The translations under genes were made by a program, and so were the position numbers. Below the pieces are notes generated by a model, which had not been told where the DNA came from, did not search any database, and saw only the letters and a program-made list of their open reading frames with translations. DNA of 64,000 bases, taken from an uncultured Pseudomonadota bacterium. Its GTDB lineage: Bacteria > Pseudomonadota > Alphaproteobacteria > Rs-D84. The stretch spans positions 12,197 to 76,196 of the forward strand of contig CACXVH010000001.1 in assembly GCA_902771095.1 (NCBI GenBank), given 5' to 3'. Positions 9,950 to 19,189 of this stretch are shown here, piece after piece; the stretch's first letter is position 1, and every line of letters begins with the position of its first letter.

Positions 9950-10909
9950 ATGAAAAAAATAAAAACTACTAGAAATGTCAAGGTAAAGAAGGTTGTAACC
10001 AAGGGTTCAACTTGCCAGAATGTTATGTGGTCTTGGGCTATATATGTTTATTGGTTTATAATTTTGTTCTTTATCGCGGCTACTTTTTACATTATTGGTC
10101 GTGGTCATGAATTTTTAAGCCCGACAAATAGAAAATTCGTTGTTTCAGAAGAAGTTTTGCAACAATCTCAGGACTATGTTGATGCAGCCAAAGAAAAAAT
10201 AATCGCAGGCGATATAGAGGCGGCAATTGTTGATTTGGATGCAGCGATTGATGCTAATTCAAATGCAAATGTTTATATCTTGCGTGGTGAAGCATATATG
10301 CAAATGGGTGATTATCAAAAAGCGCTAAATGATTTTGATGCCGCACTAGATGTTGATGGTATGAATGCGGTTGCTTTTTATGATAGGGCTTTGTTGAATA
10401 TGCGCCTTGAAAATTATGAAGCGGCGTTGACAGATGTAAACAATGCTTTGGCGGCACAATCTATGAAACCGATGGATGTATTATCGATGCGTGATTTATA
10501 TGCAAAACGCGGTCAATTGAATTTATGGATGAAAAATTGGCAGGGTGCAATTGCTGATTATACCAATTCATTGGCGCGCGCCGAAGGAAGTGTATCTGCG
10601 GATGTTTATGCAGAAAGGGCAGAGGCATACACAGCAATGGGTGAATATGAAAATGCGATTAACGATTATACTTCGGCTGTGCGTGTGATTTCTGAACAAA
10701 TTCAGGCAGAACCAACACAAGAAGGACGCGAATCGCAATCAAGCAATGCAATGTCCTATTTTGAAAAATCTGCTGCACTGAATTTGCAATTGGGACGCAA
10801 TGCATTGGCAAAAAATGATTTGGAATCTGCATATGCTATTGCTGTTGCGTTGAATGATACGGAAAGTATGAACAGAATCCAAAATTTAATAAATGGGTTG
10901 AACAACTAA
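9950..10909 (+). CDS. TPR-repeat protein with N-terminal membrane anchor
   Basis: 319 aa. One TM helix, then repeated 34-residue blocks (A..Y.RG.AY...GDY.KAL.DF..AL). Confidence 0.6.
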   Translation: MKKIKTTRNVKVKKVVTKGSTCQNVMWSWAIYVYWFIILFFIAATFYIIGRGHEFLSPTNRKFVVSEEVLQQSQDYVDAAKEKIIAGDIEAAIVDLDAAIDANSNANVYILRGEAYMQMGDYQKALNDFDAALDVDGMNAVAFYDRALLNMRLENYEAALTDVNNALAAQSMKPMDVLSMRDLYAKRGQLNLWMKNWQGAIADYTNSLARAEGSVSADVYAERAEAYTAMGEYENAINDYTSAVRVISEQIQAEPTQEGRESQSSNAMSYFEKSAALNLQLGRNALAKNDLESAYAIAVALNDTESMNRIQNLINGLNN

Positions 10910-10913
10910 AAAA

Positions 10914-10939
10914 ATCCGCCAAACGGCGGATTTTTTTTT
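10914..10939. terminator. Rho-independent terminator
   Basis: Hairpin ATCCGCC-AAAC-GGCGGAT followed by a T9 run immediately after the TPR gene stop. Confidence 0.8.
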
Positions 10940-10966
10940 GACTTTTATTTCAAATAGTAATAATAT
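10938..10966 (+). promoter_or_regulatory. Sigma70-like promoter upstream of thrS
   Basis: TTGACT-N17-TAATAT, read directly. The -35 overlaps the terminator T-run. The predicted transcript would carry an approximately 140 nt leader before thrS. Confidence 0.5.
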
Positions 10967-11114
10967 GCAAATATGGTTTATAAATTATTTATCTTTGCCG
11001 CCACAACTACAACCCCTTTGGGGGTCTAGGTTTTCATTTGCGCTAAGATTTCGCGCGTATTATAATAAGCAAGCAATTTAATAAAATAATATACAAAAAA
11101 AGAAGGTATTTATT

Positions 11115-12848
11115 ATGTCTTATCCAATAGAAACGATTCGTCATTCACTGGCTCATGTGATGGCAGCAGCAGTTAAAAAATTACATCCAGATGTTAAATT
11201 TGCTGGTGGTCCTGCGATTGAAAACGGGTTTTATTATGATTTCGATACTGAATACAGATTCAGCGAATCGGATTTTGAACAAATTGAAAAAGAAATGAAA
11301 TCTTTGATTAAATCTGATGGTCGATTCGATAGACGCGAAATTACACTGGACGAAGCAAAGGAAATTTTTAAAGATCAACCATATAAAATGGAATGGTTAA
11401 ATGAATACGATGCAAGGGGTGAAGCATTATCTATTTATACTTTCCGTGACTTTGTTGATTTGTGTCGTGGACCACACGTTGAATCAAGTAAAGATTTACC
11501 ACGGGACGGCTTTAAAATAAGAACTGTCGCGGGTGCTTATTGGAAGGGTGATTCTAAAAATAAAATGTTGCAAAGAATCTATGTTGATGCGTTTGCAAAT
11601 GCCGAAGAATTGGCTGCGTTTTTGAAAATGCAAGAAGAAGCCGCCGCGCGAGATAATCGTAAGCTTGGTAAAGAAATGGATTTGTTTCATTTTGAACCAG
11701 AATATGCACCGGGTGCTGTATTCTGGCATGACAAAGGATATAAAATTTATCGCAGATTAATAGATTATATTCGTGCGCGTCAGGAAAAGGCCGGCTATTT
11801 AGAAATTTCAACCCCTTCTGTGATGGACAGATGTTTGTGGGAAAAATCAGGACACTGGGCGAAATATGGCGCTCATAATTATTCTGGAACAACTCAGGAT
11901 GGTAAGGTTTTCTGTGTAAAACCTATGTCTTGTCCTGGTGGAATGTTGGTGTTTGGTCAAGGTATTAAATCTTATAAAGATTTGCCATTATATTTGGCTG
12001 AATTTGGCAAGGTAAATCGTTATGAAGCCGCTGGTGCGTTGTCTGGTTTGATGCGTGTTCGTGAATTCACTCAAGACGATGCACATATATTCTGCACAGA
12101 AGAACAATTGGAAAGCGAAGTCGTAAAAATTTTGCGCTTCATTAAAGATATCTATAATAAATTTGGATTTGAAAAAATTACAATGAAATTGGCTACGCGC
12201 CCATTGTCTGAATTTAGAATCGGTAGTGACGAAGTTTGGGACAGGGCAGAAGGTGCACTTAAAAACGCATTGGATAAAAATGGTATCGAATATGAAATTG
12301 CTGAAAACGATGCAGCATTTTATGGGCCTAAAATAGATAATTATTTAAAAGATTCTATGGGACGCGTGTGGCAATGTGGTACTGTGCAATTGGATATGAA
12401 TTTGCCGGAAAGATTTGATTTATCTTATATTGGTGAAGATGGCGAAAAGCATCGTCCAATTATGTTGCATCGCGCTATGTTGGGTTCTATTGAAAGATTT
12501 ATGGGAATTTTGTTGGAATCCACAGGTGGTAATTTGCCATTGTGGTTGTCTCCAGAACCAGTAGTGGTCGCACCTGTATCTGAAAAGTATAAAGATTACG
12601 CGGAAAAAGTCGTAGCTGCATTAAGAAATGCGGGTGTTTATGCGCGTGCTGATTTGCGTGACGAAAAAGTTAATTACAAGGTTCGTGAATTATCATTATC
12701 CAAAACACCAATCATTGCCGTTGTTGGTGAAAAGGAAATGGAAAACGAATCGGTAACATTGCGTTATCTTGGCAAAGAAGGTCAAGATGTGAAATCTTTG
12801 TCTGAATTTGTTGATTATATGAAAGACGCAGTTAAATTGCCGTTATAA
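11115..12848 (+). CDS. thrS: Threonine--tRNA ligase (N1/TGS-domain-less form)
   Basis: 577 aa. Begins at the N2 editing domain (HSLAHVMAAAV ... GFYYDFD). Class II motifs FRDE, GLMRVREFTQDDAHIF and a C-terminal anticodon-binding domain. It lacks about 60 aa relative to E. coli ThrRS. Confidence 0.9.
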   Translation: MSYPIETIRHSLAHVMAAAVKKLHPDVKFAGGPAIENGFYYDFDTEYRFSESDFEQIEKEMKSLIKSDGRFDRREITLDEAKEIFKDQPYKMEWLNEYDARGEALSIYTFRDFVDLCRGPHVESSKDLPRDGFKIRTVAGAYWKGDSKNKMLQRIYVDAFANAEELAAFLKMQEEAAARDNRKLGKEMDLFHFEPEYAPGAVFWHDKGYKIYRRLIDYIRARQEKAGYLEISTPSVMDRCLWEKSGHWAKYGAHNYSGTTQDGKVFCVKPMSCPGGMLVFGQGIKSYKDLPLYLAEFGKVNRYEAAGALSGLMRVREFTQDDAHIFCTEEQLESEVVKILRFIKDIYNKFGFEKITMKLATRPLSEFRIGSDEVWDRAEGALKNALDKNGIEYEIAENDAAFYGPKIDNYLKDSMGRVWQCGTVQLDMNLPERFDLSYIGEDGEKHRPIMLHRAMLGSIERFMGILLESTGGNLPLWLSPEPVVVAPVSEKYKDYAEKVVAALRNAGVYARADLRDEKVNYKVRELSLSKTPIIAVVGEKEMENESVTLRYLGKEGQDVKSLSEFVDYMKDAVKLPL

Positions 12849-12854
12849 AACAGG

Positions 12855-12880
12855 GTGGGGCGATTTCGCCCCGCCTTTGA
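12855..12880. terminator. Putative rho-independent terminator after thrS
   Basis: Hairpin GGGGCG-ATTT-CGCCCC followed by TTTGAG. The T-tract is weak. Confidence 0.5.
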
Positions 12881-12898
12881 GAAAAAAAGGAAGTAAAG

Positions 12899-13042
12899 AT
12901 GAAAAAAATTGCCGTTTTGATTGCTTTGTGTTCGTTGGTTTGTGTGGTCGCTGGGTGTTCTTGCAAATGCGAAAATGAACCTATTGTCGAAGCCAATCAT
13001 AAACTAATAGTTCCACCTAATTTTGGAAATATGCCAAAATAA
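12899..13042 (+). CDS. Small predicted lipoprotein (47 aa), not in the ORF track
   Basis: ATG at 12899 with an upstream AAGGAAG RBS. Translation: MKKIAVLIALCSLVCVVAGCSCKCENEPIVEANHKLIVPPNFGNMPK. Lipobox VVAGC. Below the 60-aa track cutoff. Confidence 0.4.
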   Translation: MKKIAVLIALCSLVCVVAGCSCKCENEPIVEANHKLIVPPNFGNMPK

Positions 13043-13105
13043 TTTGGTGATATCGTTTTTTTATGGTATAATGCCCTTAGAATGTAAAACCAAGAGGGAC
13101 ATATC

Positions 13106-13876
13106 ATGGACAAAGATGAAAGTTTAGATTTATTAGATTTAGAAGATTCTAACGATGTTGATGCATTGCCAGAAGCAACACCGTTTTCCAATCCACGACC
13201 AAAAAAACCTTGGCTGTTGATGGGGCTTGGAATCGCAATTATCGTTTTGGCGACTTGGATTATCGTTGCGAAAATCGGTGGCGATTCGGGGACCGTTGTT
13301 AATATAGATTTGGATACCCCTGTGGAATCTGTGGACAAACCTGGTGAATCTGTGCCAGATTTAAATGTCCCACCAAGACCAGTTGAAGGGATGCCACAAC
13401 CGGGGACCGAACAACAACCAGCACCAGTTCCGGGACCAGCGCAACAGCCAGCGCCTGCACCGGTTGAAAGACCTGCGATAATGGTTCCTGTATCCGAAAG
13501 CGGAACACCTGTGCGTGTTGTCGAAGACAGAAAGGAAGTGACATTTAACCCAGATAAGCCAGCAACACAAAAACCTGTGGCGAAAAAGCCGGTGAAAAAA
13601 GCGACAACAACAAAAACTGTGGCTTCGGCATCTAGTGGTGATATTTATGTCCAATTTGGCTCTTACAGTACGCGCGCCTTGGCACAAAGTGCGGAACAAA
13701 AAATGCGTGCATCGCACAGCAATTTGTTTAGCGGAAAACAGTTTGTGATTTTGGCGGCCCAGGTTAAGGGTAAAACAACATACAGATTGCGTATCGCTTT
13801 CCATAGTGCTAATGAAGCAAATGGTTTTTGCAGAAATGCAAAATCTGATGGCTTAGATTGCTATGTGACAAAGTAA
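13106..13876 (+). CDS. SPOR-domain cell-division/peptidoglycan-binding protein (DedD/FtsN-like)
   Basis: 256 aa. Acidic N-terminus, single TM, Pro/Gln-rich linker and a C-terminal SPOR-like block (YVQFGSYSTRALAQ ... YRLRIA). Confidence 0.65.
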   Translation: MDKDESLDLLDLEDSNDVDALPEATPFSNPRPKKPWLLMGLGIAIIVLATWIIVAKIGGDSGTVVNIDLDTPVESVDKPGESVPDLNVPPRPVEGMPQPGTEQQPAPVPGPAQQPAPAPVERPAIMVPVSESGTPVRVVEDRKEVTFNPDKPATQKPVAKKPVKKATTTKTVASASSGDIYVQFGSYSTRALAQSAEQKMRASHSNLFSGKQFVILAAQVKGKTTYRLRIAFHSANEANGFCRNAKSDGLDCYVTK

Positions 13877-13893
13877 TAATTAAGGAGTTTGAT

Positions 13894-14085
13894 ATGAGAG
13901 GCGGCTTTTGGGAAATACTTTTAATTGTTTTGCTTGTTTTAATTTTGTTTGGTTCGGCAAAGATTCCAGCGATGGCGAAAAATATTGCAAATGGTATCAA
14001 GACCTTTAAAAAAGAAGTCAAAGACGAACCAGTAAAAAAACAAACAGTCAAAAAAAAGAAAGCACCAGTTAAAAAAAGTAAATAA
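13894..14085 (+). CDS. tatA: Sec-independent translocase subunit TatA/E
   Basis: Internal start MRGGFWEILLIVLLVLILFGSAKIP with a GGAG RBS. Classic TatA TM helix with the hinge FG and a Lys-rich tail. Confidence 0.85.
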   Translation: MRGGFWEILLIVLLVLILFGSAKIPAMAKNIANGIKTFKKEVKDEPVKKQTVKKKKAPVKKSK

Positions 14086-14203
14086 TAATAACCACCCATT
14101 CGGGTGGTTTTTTTATGTAAAAAAATCTATATTTTTGTTTTTTTCTCTTTTATTATAGTCATTTTTATGATAAAATAGATGTAAAGTAAAATGGAGAAAA
14201 GGG

Positions 14204-17200
14204 ATGAGAAACATCGTCAAAATACTTAGTTTATTGTCAATAATTGCCGTAATTCCGGCATCTTTTGCGGCTACTTCGCGTGTCAGTGTGACAAGTAAGG
14301 CATCGCCGCGTTTGCCGTCTATTGCGACCCGGTTGGTGTCTGGAACGGTGACAGGAACAACCACAACTTCGTCTACGGCTGCATATTATGGCGACAGCGA
14401 ATGTATTGAAAAATATACCGACTGTATCAAGGCAGATGATGTTTGTGGTTCTGATATGCAAGAATGTACGACAAATGTTTTGTTCCACGGACAAATGGCA
14501 AATTGTTTAAGTGTTTTGTATCAATGCTCTTCATCTGGTATTAACGCATTGTTTGGAACAACTGCGATAAACGCGTTGTCTAATGTTGCGGAATCGCATA
14601 CAATACCATCTGCGACCCGCAGTGGCGCGACAGAGGTTGTTGTCGATAGATATACATATCCGGCAAATGGTTCTGTATTGGGTCAATTGATTATCGGTGC
14701 CGGTATTACAAATAAATTAACAACCGAACAATGTGTCCGTCGTTATACAAATTGTTTGCAACGCGATGATATTTGTGGTGCTGATTTTGAATTGTGCACA
14801 TCGGCCAAGACATTTAAGAAGCAGGCATTGCTTTGTGATTCGACATTACAACGTTGCCAAGAAACCGGTAAAACACAGTTATTTGGTTCTGTTGCGAACG
14901 CAAATAATTTAACATATGCTGGTGATTCCAGAATTGGCACTTTGGTTGCCGAAGGGGCATCCACAGCGGCATTGAACGCGGTTAAGACCTGTCAAAAGGT
15001 AACAGATAACTGTTTGGTTAACGCGTGTGCAAAAAATCCATTAAGTTGTGTCGAAGGGACCAGCTTGGCATCAATCGACGCAGCCAATATTATTGCCGAA
15101 GGAACTGGTGCTTTGACAACTTCCCAGGTTATGCATGATGGTGTTGAAACAGCCAGTGCTTCGGATGTTCGTAAATTGTTAAAGACCGCGTGTTTGGAAA
15201 CAATCGGTTCGAACAGATATTGCCATATGACATATCGTGAAAAAGTTCCTTCTGACCGTGAATTGGGAGATCCAGATTTACAAGAAGAAGTATTTTCATT
15301 GGCTTATTCTGCACGTAAAAGTTATGCAAATACCAAGATTCAAGAAGCAATGAAAAAATTCGATACCAAGGCAAAGAATTCTTGTGTTGAAACAATCAAA
15401 GAATGTGCAATGCGTTCTTGCGGTGGGGGACTTGGTTCTGTGTGTTATACAAGGTCTAAATCTGGTGATGGTGTGCATGTGAACGATACCAGAACTTATG
15501 GTGATATTTTGTCTGGGTGTTCTGCGATTGTAAATGCTGATGCAAATTGTATCTATGCTGCGACATCTGCCGGAACAGATGGATACACATATACATATTA
15601 TGATGAAGATGGTTCAACATTTAGTACTTTGTTCCCATCTTATAATGAATCCGTATCTGATCCGATTGGTGCGGTTGCGACATTGAATTCTATACTCTCT
15701 ACATCTTATAATCCTGCGGCGATTGAAAATATGAAAAAACAATGTCAAACGATTGCTCTTTCTTGTGTAAAGGCCATGTGCGGTAAAGAATATGTTAATT
15801 GCTATCGCAGCAGAACAGATATTGTTTCTGGAACTTATGATACTGGTAATGCGAGATTGGATCGTAGCATGAATAAGATGGGCGGTGTCCTGGATTACAA
15901 TATTGTTATCGGTTTGTGTATGAATACGGTGAAAACATCATCTGTATGTGAAGAGCATTTGAAGATAGCAATTGCGGATCAATGGCCAGATGATAGAAGT
16001 GATACAACTTCATGGAATGGGTACACATCTGTTCGTGAAGCATGGCGTGGTGCGAATTCAACAGAAGTCGCAGCATACGAAGGTAAAGGTATCGTTGTTG
16101 CTTGTGCTGCTTCAAGTATTCAACAACTTGCTTCAACAGTAGCGGCTTTGGTCGGTGGAGAAGATGCAGCAGATTGTACAGGCACTATGGAACCGCTTGT
16201 TAACAGCGAAGGAATGACATATTGTGATCAGTCCGTGATCGATTCAGATACCGGGTGTATATATGATCAACCAGTTTACCAATCACAAACGGAATATTTG
16301 TTGACTAATGCTGGTACATCTTTGTTCCAAACATTGTTAGCGGATGTTGAAAAAGAAGTTCAGGCGATGTACAATGCCAAATTAAACAAAGAGCAACGTG
16401 TTTGTATGGCTAATAATAATGGTGGAATTATGGGTAACAAAGAAAGTGGTTCTACATTTTTGTGGGTAAAGTTGAGAAATAGCAAGGTACCAAAGAACTA
16501 TGTTTCGAAAGGTTTAACCACAAAACAATTCGTTGAATCAAATGATTTGTATGGTTCGTTCTGTCGTGCAAGAATTACTGTGCAATCTGACGACAAAGAT
16601 ATCCAAGATTTGTTGAAAAATAATTCTGTGGCATACTTTGCGGTTGGTGATTCATTTACCTGTGGTTCTTGGATAAGCGATGCTGATTTGCGCAAGATTT
16701 CGGATACAGTTGGTAACCGTGAATTGTGCAAACAGGGTTATGGTCAATGGGTTGATGGCGAATGTAAGGGCAGCAAATTATCAACCAAAGAGAAGATTGC
16801 TTATGCCTGGGGCACAGTCGCACCTGCGTTGGCTGGAACAGGAATTGGTTTGGGGTTGACTGAAAGTGGTTTACTTGGGGGATGGATGAATAGTGCTGAT
16901 TCTAAATTAAATGATGAGGCGACGAGAGGGAGAAGCAGAAACAGTTGTATAAATTATGCTAATTCGGCAAATACCGCATCTGATTTAAGCTTGTGTGAAA
17001 GTTATTTAAATTCTGCTGAGACATTGTGTGAAGAAGTCGGTGGTAATAGTAATCTTTGTTCACAATCGATACAAGGTAACAATGATGAAACAAAGTTGAA
17101 AGATTGTAAAAATAAAGCATTGATTGTCAAAGATGAATGTACATCGGCATATAAATCAAATATGAAAACAAATACGGCGGCACGTGTCACGATTCCAATT

Positions 17201-17389
17201 GTTACAGGGTTTGCTGCTGGTGGTTTGGGTGCTGGTATAACTGCTTCGGTTATTAAACAGAACAAAGAAAATATTAAAAATGAAGCGGCACAACAATGGA
17301 TGGATGAAATCGGTGAACATATCCAATGCTATATTGGCACCGAAGAATTGGGAACATACGGCGATGTCGTAAGTATCGAATTAGATTAA
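14204..17389 (+). CDS. Large secreted cysteine-rich repeat protein with C-terminal glycine-zipper/TM anchor
   Basis: 1061 aa. Sec signal peptide (AVIPASFA|AT). At least two tandem internal repeats of about 110 aa with spaced Cys (ECIEKYTDCIKADDVCGSDMQECT.. / QCVRRYTNCLQRDDICGADFELCT..). C-terminal hydrophobic Gly-rich segments (GTGIGLGLTESGLLGG; IPIVTGFAAGGLGAGITASVI) and a short tail. No known domain recognised. Confidence 0.5.
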   Translation: MRNIVKILSLLSIIAVIPASFAATSRVSVTSKASPRLPSIATRLVSGTVTGTTTTSSTAAYYGDSECIEKYTDCIKADDVCGSDMQECTTNVLFHGQMANCLSVLYQCSSSGINALFGTTAINALSNVAESHTIPSATRSGATEVVVDRYTYPANGSVLGQLIIGAGITNKLTTEQCVRRYTNCLQRDDICGADFELCTSAKTFKKQALLCDSTLQRCQETGKTQLFGSVANANNLTYAGDSRIGTLVAEGASTAALNAVKTCQKVTDNCLVNACAKNPLSCVEGTSLASIDAANIIAEGTGALTTSQVMHDGVETASASDVRKLLKTACLETIGSNRYCHMTYREKVPSDRELGDPDLQEEVFSLAYSARKSYANTKIQEAMKKFDTKAKNSCVETIKECAMRSCGGGLGSVCYTRSKSGDGVHVNDTRTYGDILSGCSAIVNADANCIYAATSAGTDGYTYTYYDEDGSTFSTLFPSYNESVSDPIGAVATLNSILSTSYNPAAIENMKKQCQTIALSCVKAMCGKEYVNCYRSRTDIVSGTYDTGNARLDRSMNKMGGVLDYNIVIGLCMNTVKTSSVCEEHLKIAIADQWPDDRSDTTSWNGYTSVREAWRGANSTEVAAYEGKGIVVACAASSIQQLASTVAALVGGEDAADCTGTMEPLVNSEGMTYCDQSVIDSDTGCIYDQPVYQSQTEYLLTNAGTSLFQTLLADVEKEVQAMYNAKLNKEQRVCMANNNGGIMGNKESGSTFLWVKLRNSKVPKNYVSKGLTTKQFVESNDLYGSFCRARITVQSDDKDIQDLLKNNSVAYFAVGDSFTCGSWISDADLRKISDTVGNRELCKQGYGQWVDGECKGSKLSTKEKIAYAWGTVAPALAGTGIGLGLTESGLLGGWMNSADSKLNDEATRGRSRNSCINYANSANTASDLSLCESYLNSAETLCEEVGGNSNLCSQSIQGNNDETKLKDCKNKALIVKDECTSAYKSNMKTNTAARVTIPIVTGFAAGGLGAGITASVIKQNKENIKNEAAQQWMDEIGEHIQCYIGTEELGTYGDVVSIELD

Positions 17390-17404
17390 TATAATTTGAT
17401 TAAG

Positions 17405-17435
17405 AAAAAAGGTTGCGGGAACGCAACCTTTTTTT
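17405..17435. terminator. Rho-independent terminator
   Basis: GGTTGCG-GGAA-CGCAACC hairpin followed by a T7 run, just after the large gene. Confidence 0.8.
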
Positions 17436-17607
17436 ATAGGTTATTATGGATTCCCACGGTCACTGATATATTCTAAGAATAATAACGTTTGCCTTTTGAT
17501 TGTTTTGTTTTTATAATCAAATAAAATTTGATTATGGTAAAAGTGGAAACCACCCCGGTGCTTCGCACCACCCCTCCATAGAGGGGAACTAAAAAAAGGA
17601 ATGCATC

Positions 17608-18657
17608 ATGTTTAAAAAATTATTACGGAAAATTTTTGGTCCACGCGGTAAAAAAATTACAGCTGGGGAATTGGCTAAAAAATTTGGTTTGGAATTAAAA
17701 GGTAATTCAAAACAGCTTGTTGACGGTGTTGCACCAATCGCTGATGCAAAACCTGGACAACTGGCTTTCTATTCCACAGAACGTAATTCAAATGCTTTTA
17801 AAATATTACCGATTGAGGTTTTGGAAAATACCAAGGCATCGGTCATTTTATTACAAAAAGAGCAAATTAAACATGCACCAAAAGGGGCTACTCTTTTGAT
17901 AACAGATTCCCCGCGTGGAAACATTGTTAAAATATTGGGGGAAATTTATGCTGAAAAACCGCGCTTTGGTGTGTCTTATTTTGCAACTGTGGAGCGCGGG
18001 GTTTTCTTTCGCAAAAAGCGCACTAATTATGTCGGTCAATACGCAACGATTGAAAAGGGCGCTGTGTTAGAGGCGGGGGTAAAGATTTATCCTGGTGCTT
18101 TTATCGGTCGTAATGTGATTTTGGGGGCAAACACAGTTGTTCATACTGGCGCACATATTGAAAATGCAACCATTGGTTCTGATTGCGTTATAAATGCGAA
18201 TGCTGTTATTGGTAAAGACGGTTTTGGATATACGCGTCAAAATGGGAAAAATGTGTTTATTCCGCATACTGGACGCGTGATTTTGGGTAATCGTGTATCT
18301 GTTGGTTCAAATACTTGTATCGACCGTGGTGCGATGACAGACACCATTGTTGGGGACGGAACAAAAATTGATAATTTGTGTCAGATTGCACATGGTGTTG
18401 TTATCGGCAAAGAATGTTTCTTGGCGGCTGGTGTTGGATTGGCCGGCGGTGTGGTCGTTGGTAATCGTGTGCTGTTGGCGGGGCAGGTTGGTATTCCAAA
18501 TGGTATTCATATTGGTGATGATGTTGAAGTTGGTGCAAAAAGTGGTGTGTTCCGTAATATTCCAAAAGGTGAAAGATGGATGGGATTGCCTGCGGGCCCT
18601 GGTATAGAATTCTTCCGTCATTATGCGTGGGTAAAAAAGAATATGGAAAAGAAATAA
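17608..18657 (+). CDS. lpxD: UDP-3-O-(3-hydroxyacyl)glucosamine N-acyltransferase
   Basis: 349 aa. N-terminal LpxD-type domain followed by many hexapeptide (left-handed beta-helix) repeats (IGxNVxIGAN...). Confidence 0.85.
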   Translation: MFKKLLRKIFGPRGKKITAGELAKKFGLELKGNSKQLVDGVAPIADAKPGQLAFYSTERNSNAFKILPIEVLENTKASVILLQKEQIKHAPKGATLLITDSPRGNIVKILGEIYAEKPRFGVSYFATVERGVFFRKKRTNYVGQYATIEKGAVLEAGVKIYPGAFIGRNVILGANTVVHTGAHIENATIGSDCVINANAVIGKDGFGYTRQNGKNVFIPHTGRVILGNRVSVGSNTCIDRGAMTDTIVGDGTKIDNLCQIAHGVVIGKECFLAAGVGLAGGVVVGNRVLLAGQVGIPNGIHIGDDVEVGAKSGVFRNIPKGERWMGLPAGPGIEFFRHYAWVKKNMEKK

Positions 18658-18687
18658 TCTGTCTTTATTTTCACAAAGCCACGACAA

Positions 18688-19188
18688 TTATTTTTTGAAA
18701 TATTTTTTCAAGGTTTCGTATGCAGCGGTTATACGCGTGAACTCGGCGGTTGATGATTTTTTGTTTTGTGCTGTATCTGGGTGATATTTTTTAGCAAGCA
18801 TTCTGTATCTTGTTCCAACTTCGCGCCAGGTGGCAGTGATTGGTAATTGAAACACTTGCATTGCAGAAACAATTTGTGAAGGCACAGTTTTTTTAGGTGG
18901 CATTTTATCAAAGTTAGAACGTCCCATTAAAAAGTCATTTAAAAATTGAACATATTCAGATTCTTTTTTGTTGATCGCTTCTTTGTCTTTATCGGCAATT
19001 CCAAAAGTTTCGCGTTCCCATTCTGCATCAATTTCATCAGCTGTCATATTTGCATAGTAATTCCAATTTTTATTGTATTCGGCGGCATGCTCTTTACAAA
19101 ACCACCAATACTCTTTTAAATCACGCGACTTTGGCGCACGACAAGTGCCGGCTTTACTACATCCAGGATGGTCACATTTGGTTATCAT
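18688..19188 (-). CDS. J-domain protein with N-terminal Cys/His cluster
   Basis: 166 aa. C-terminal J domain with the HPD tripeptide (KKYHPDTAQN ... AYETL). N-terminal CDHPGC ... C ... CKEH putative metal-binding cluster. Confidence 0.6.
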   Translation of the reverse strand: MITKCDHPGCSKAGTCRAPKSRDLKEYWWFCKEHAAEYNKNWNYYANMTADEIDAEWERETFGIADKDKEAINKKESEYVQFLNDFLMGRSNFDKMPPKKTVPSQIVSAMQVFQLPITATWREVGTRYRMLAKKYHPDTAQNKKSSTAEFTRITAAYETLKKYFKK

Positions 19189-19189
19189 T

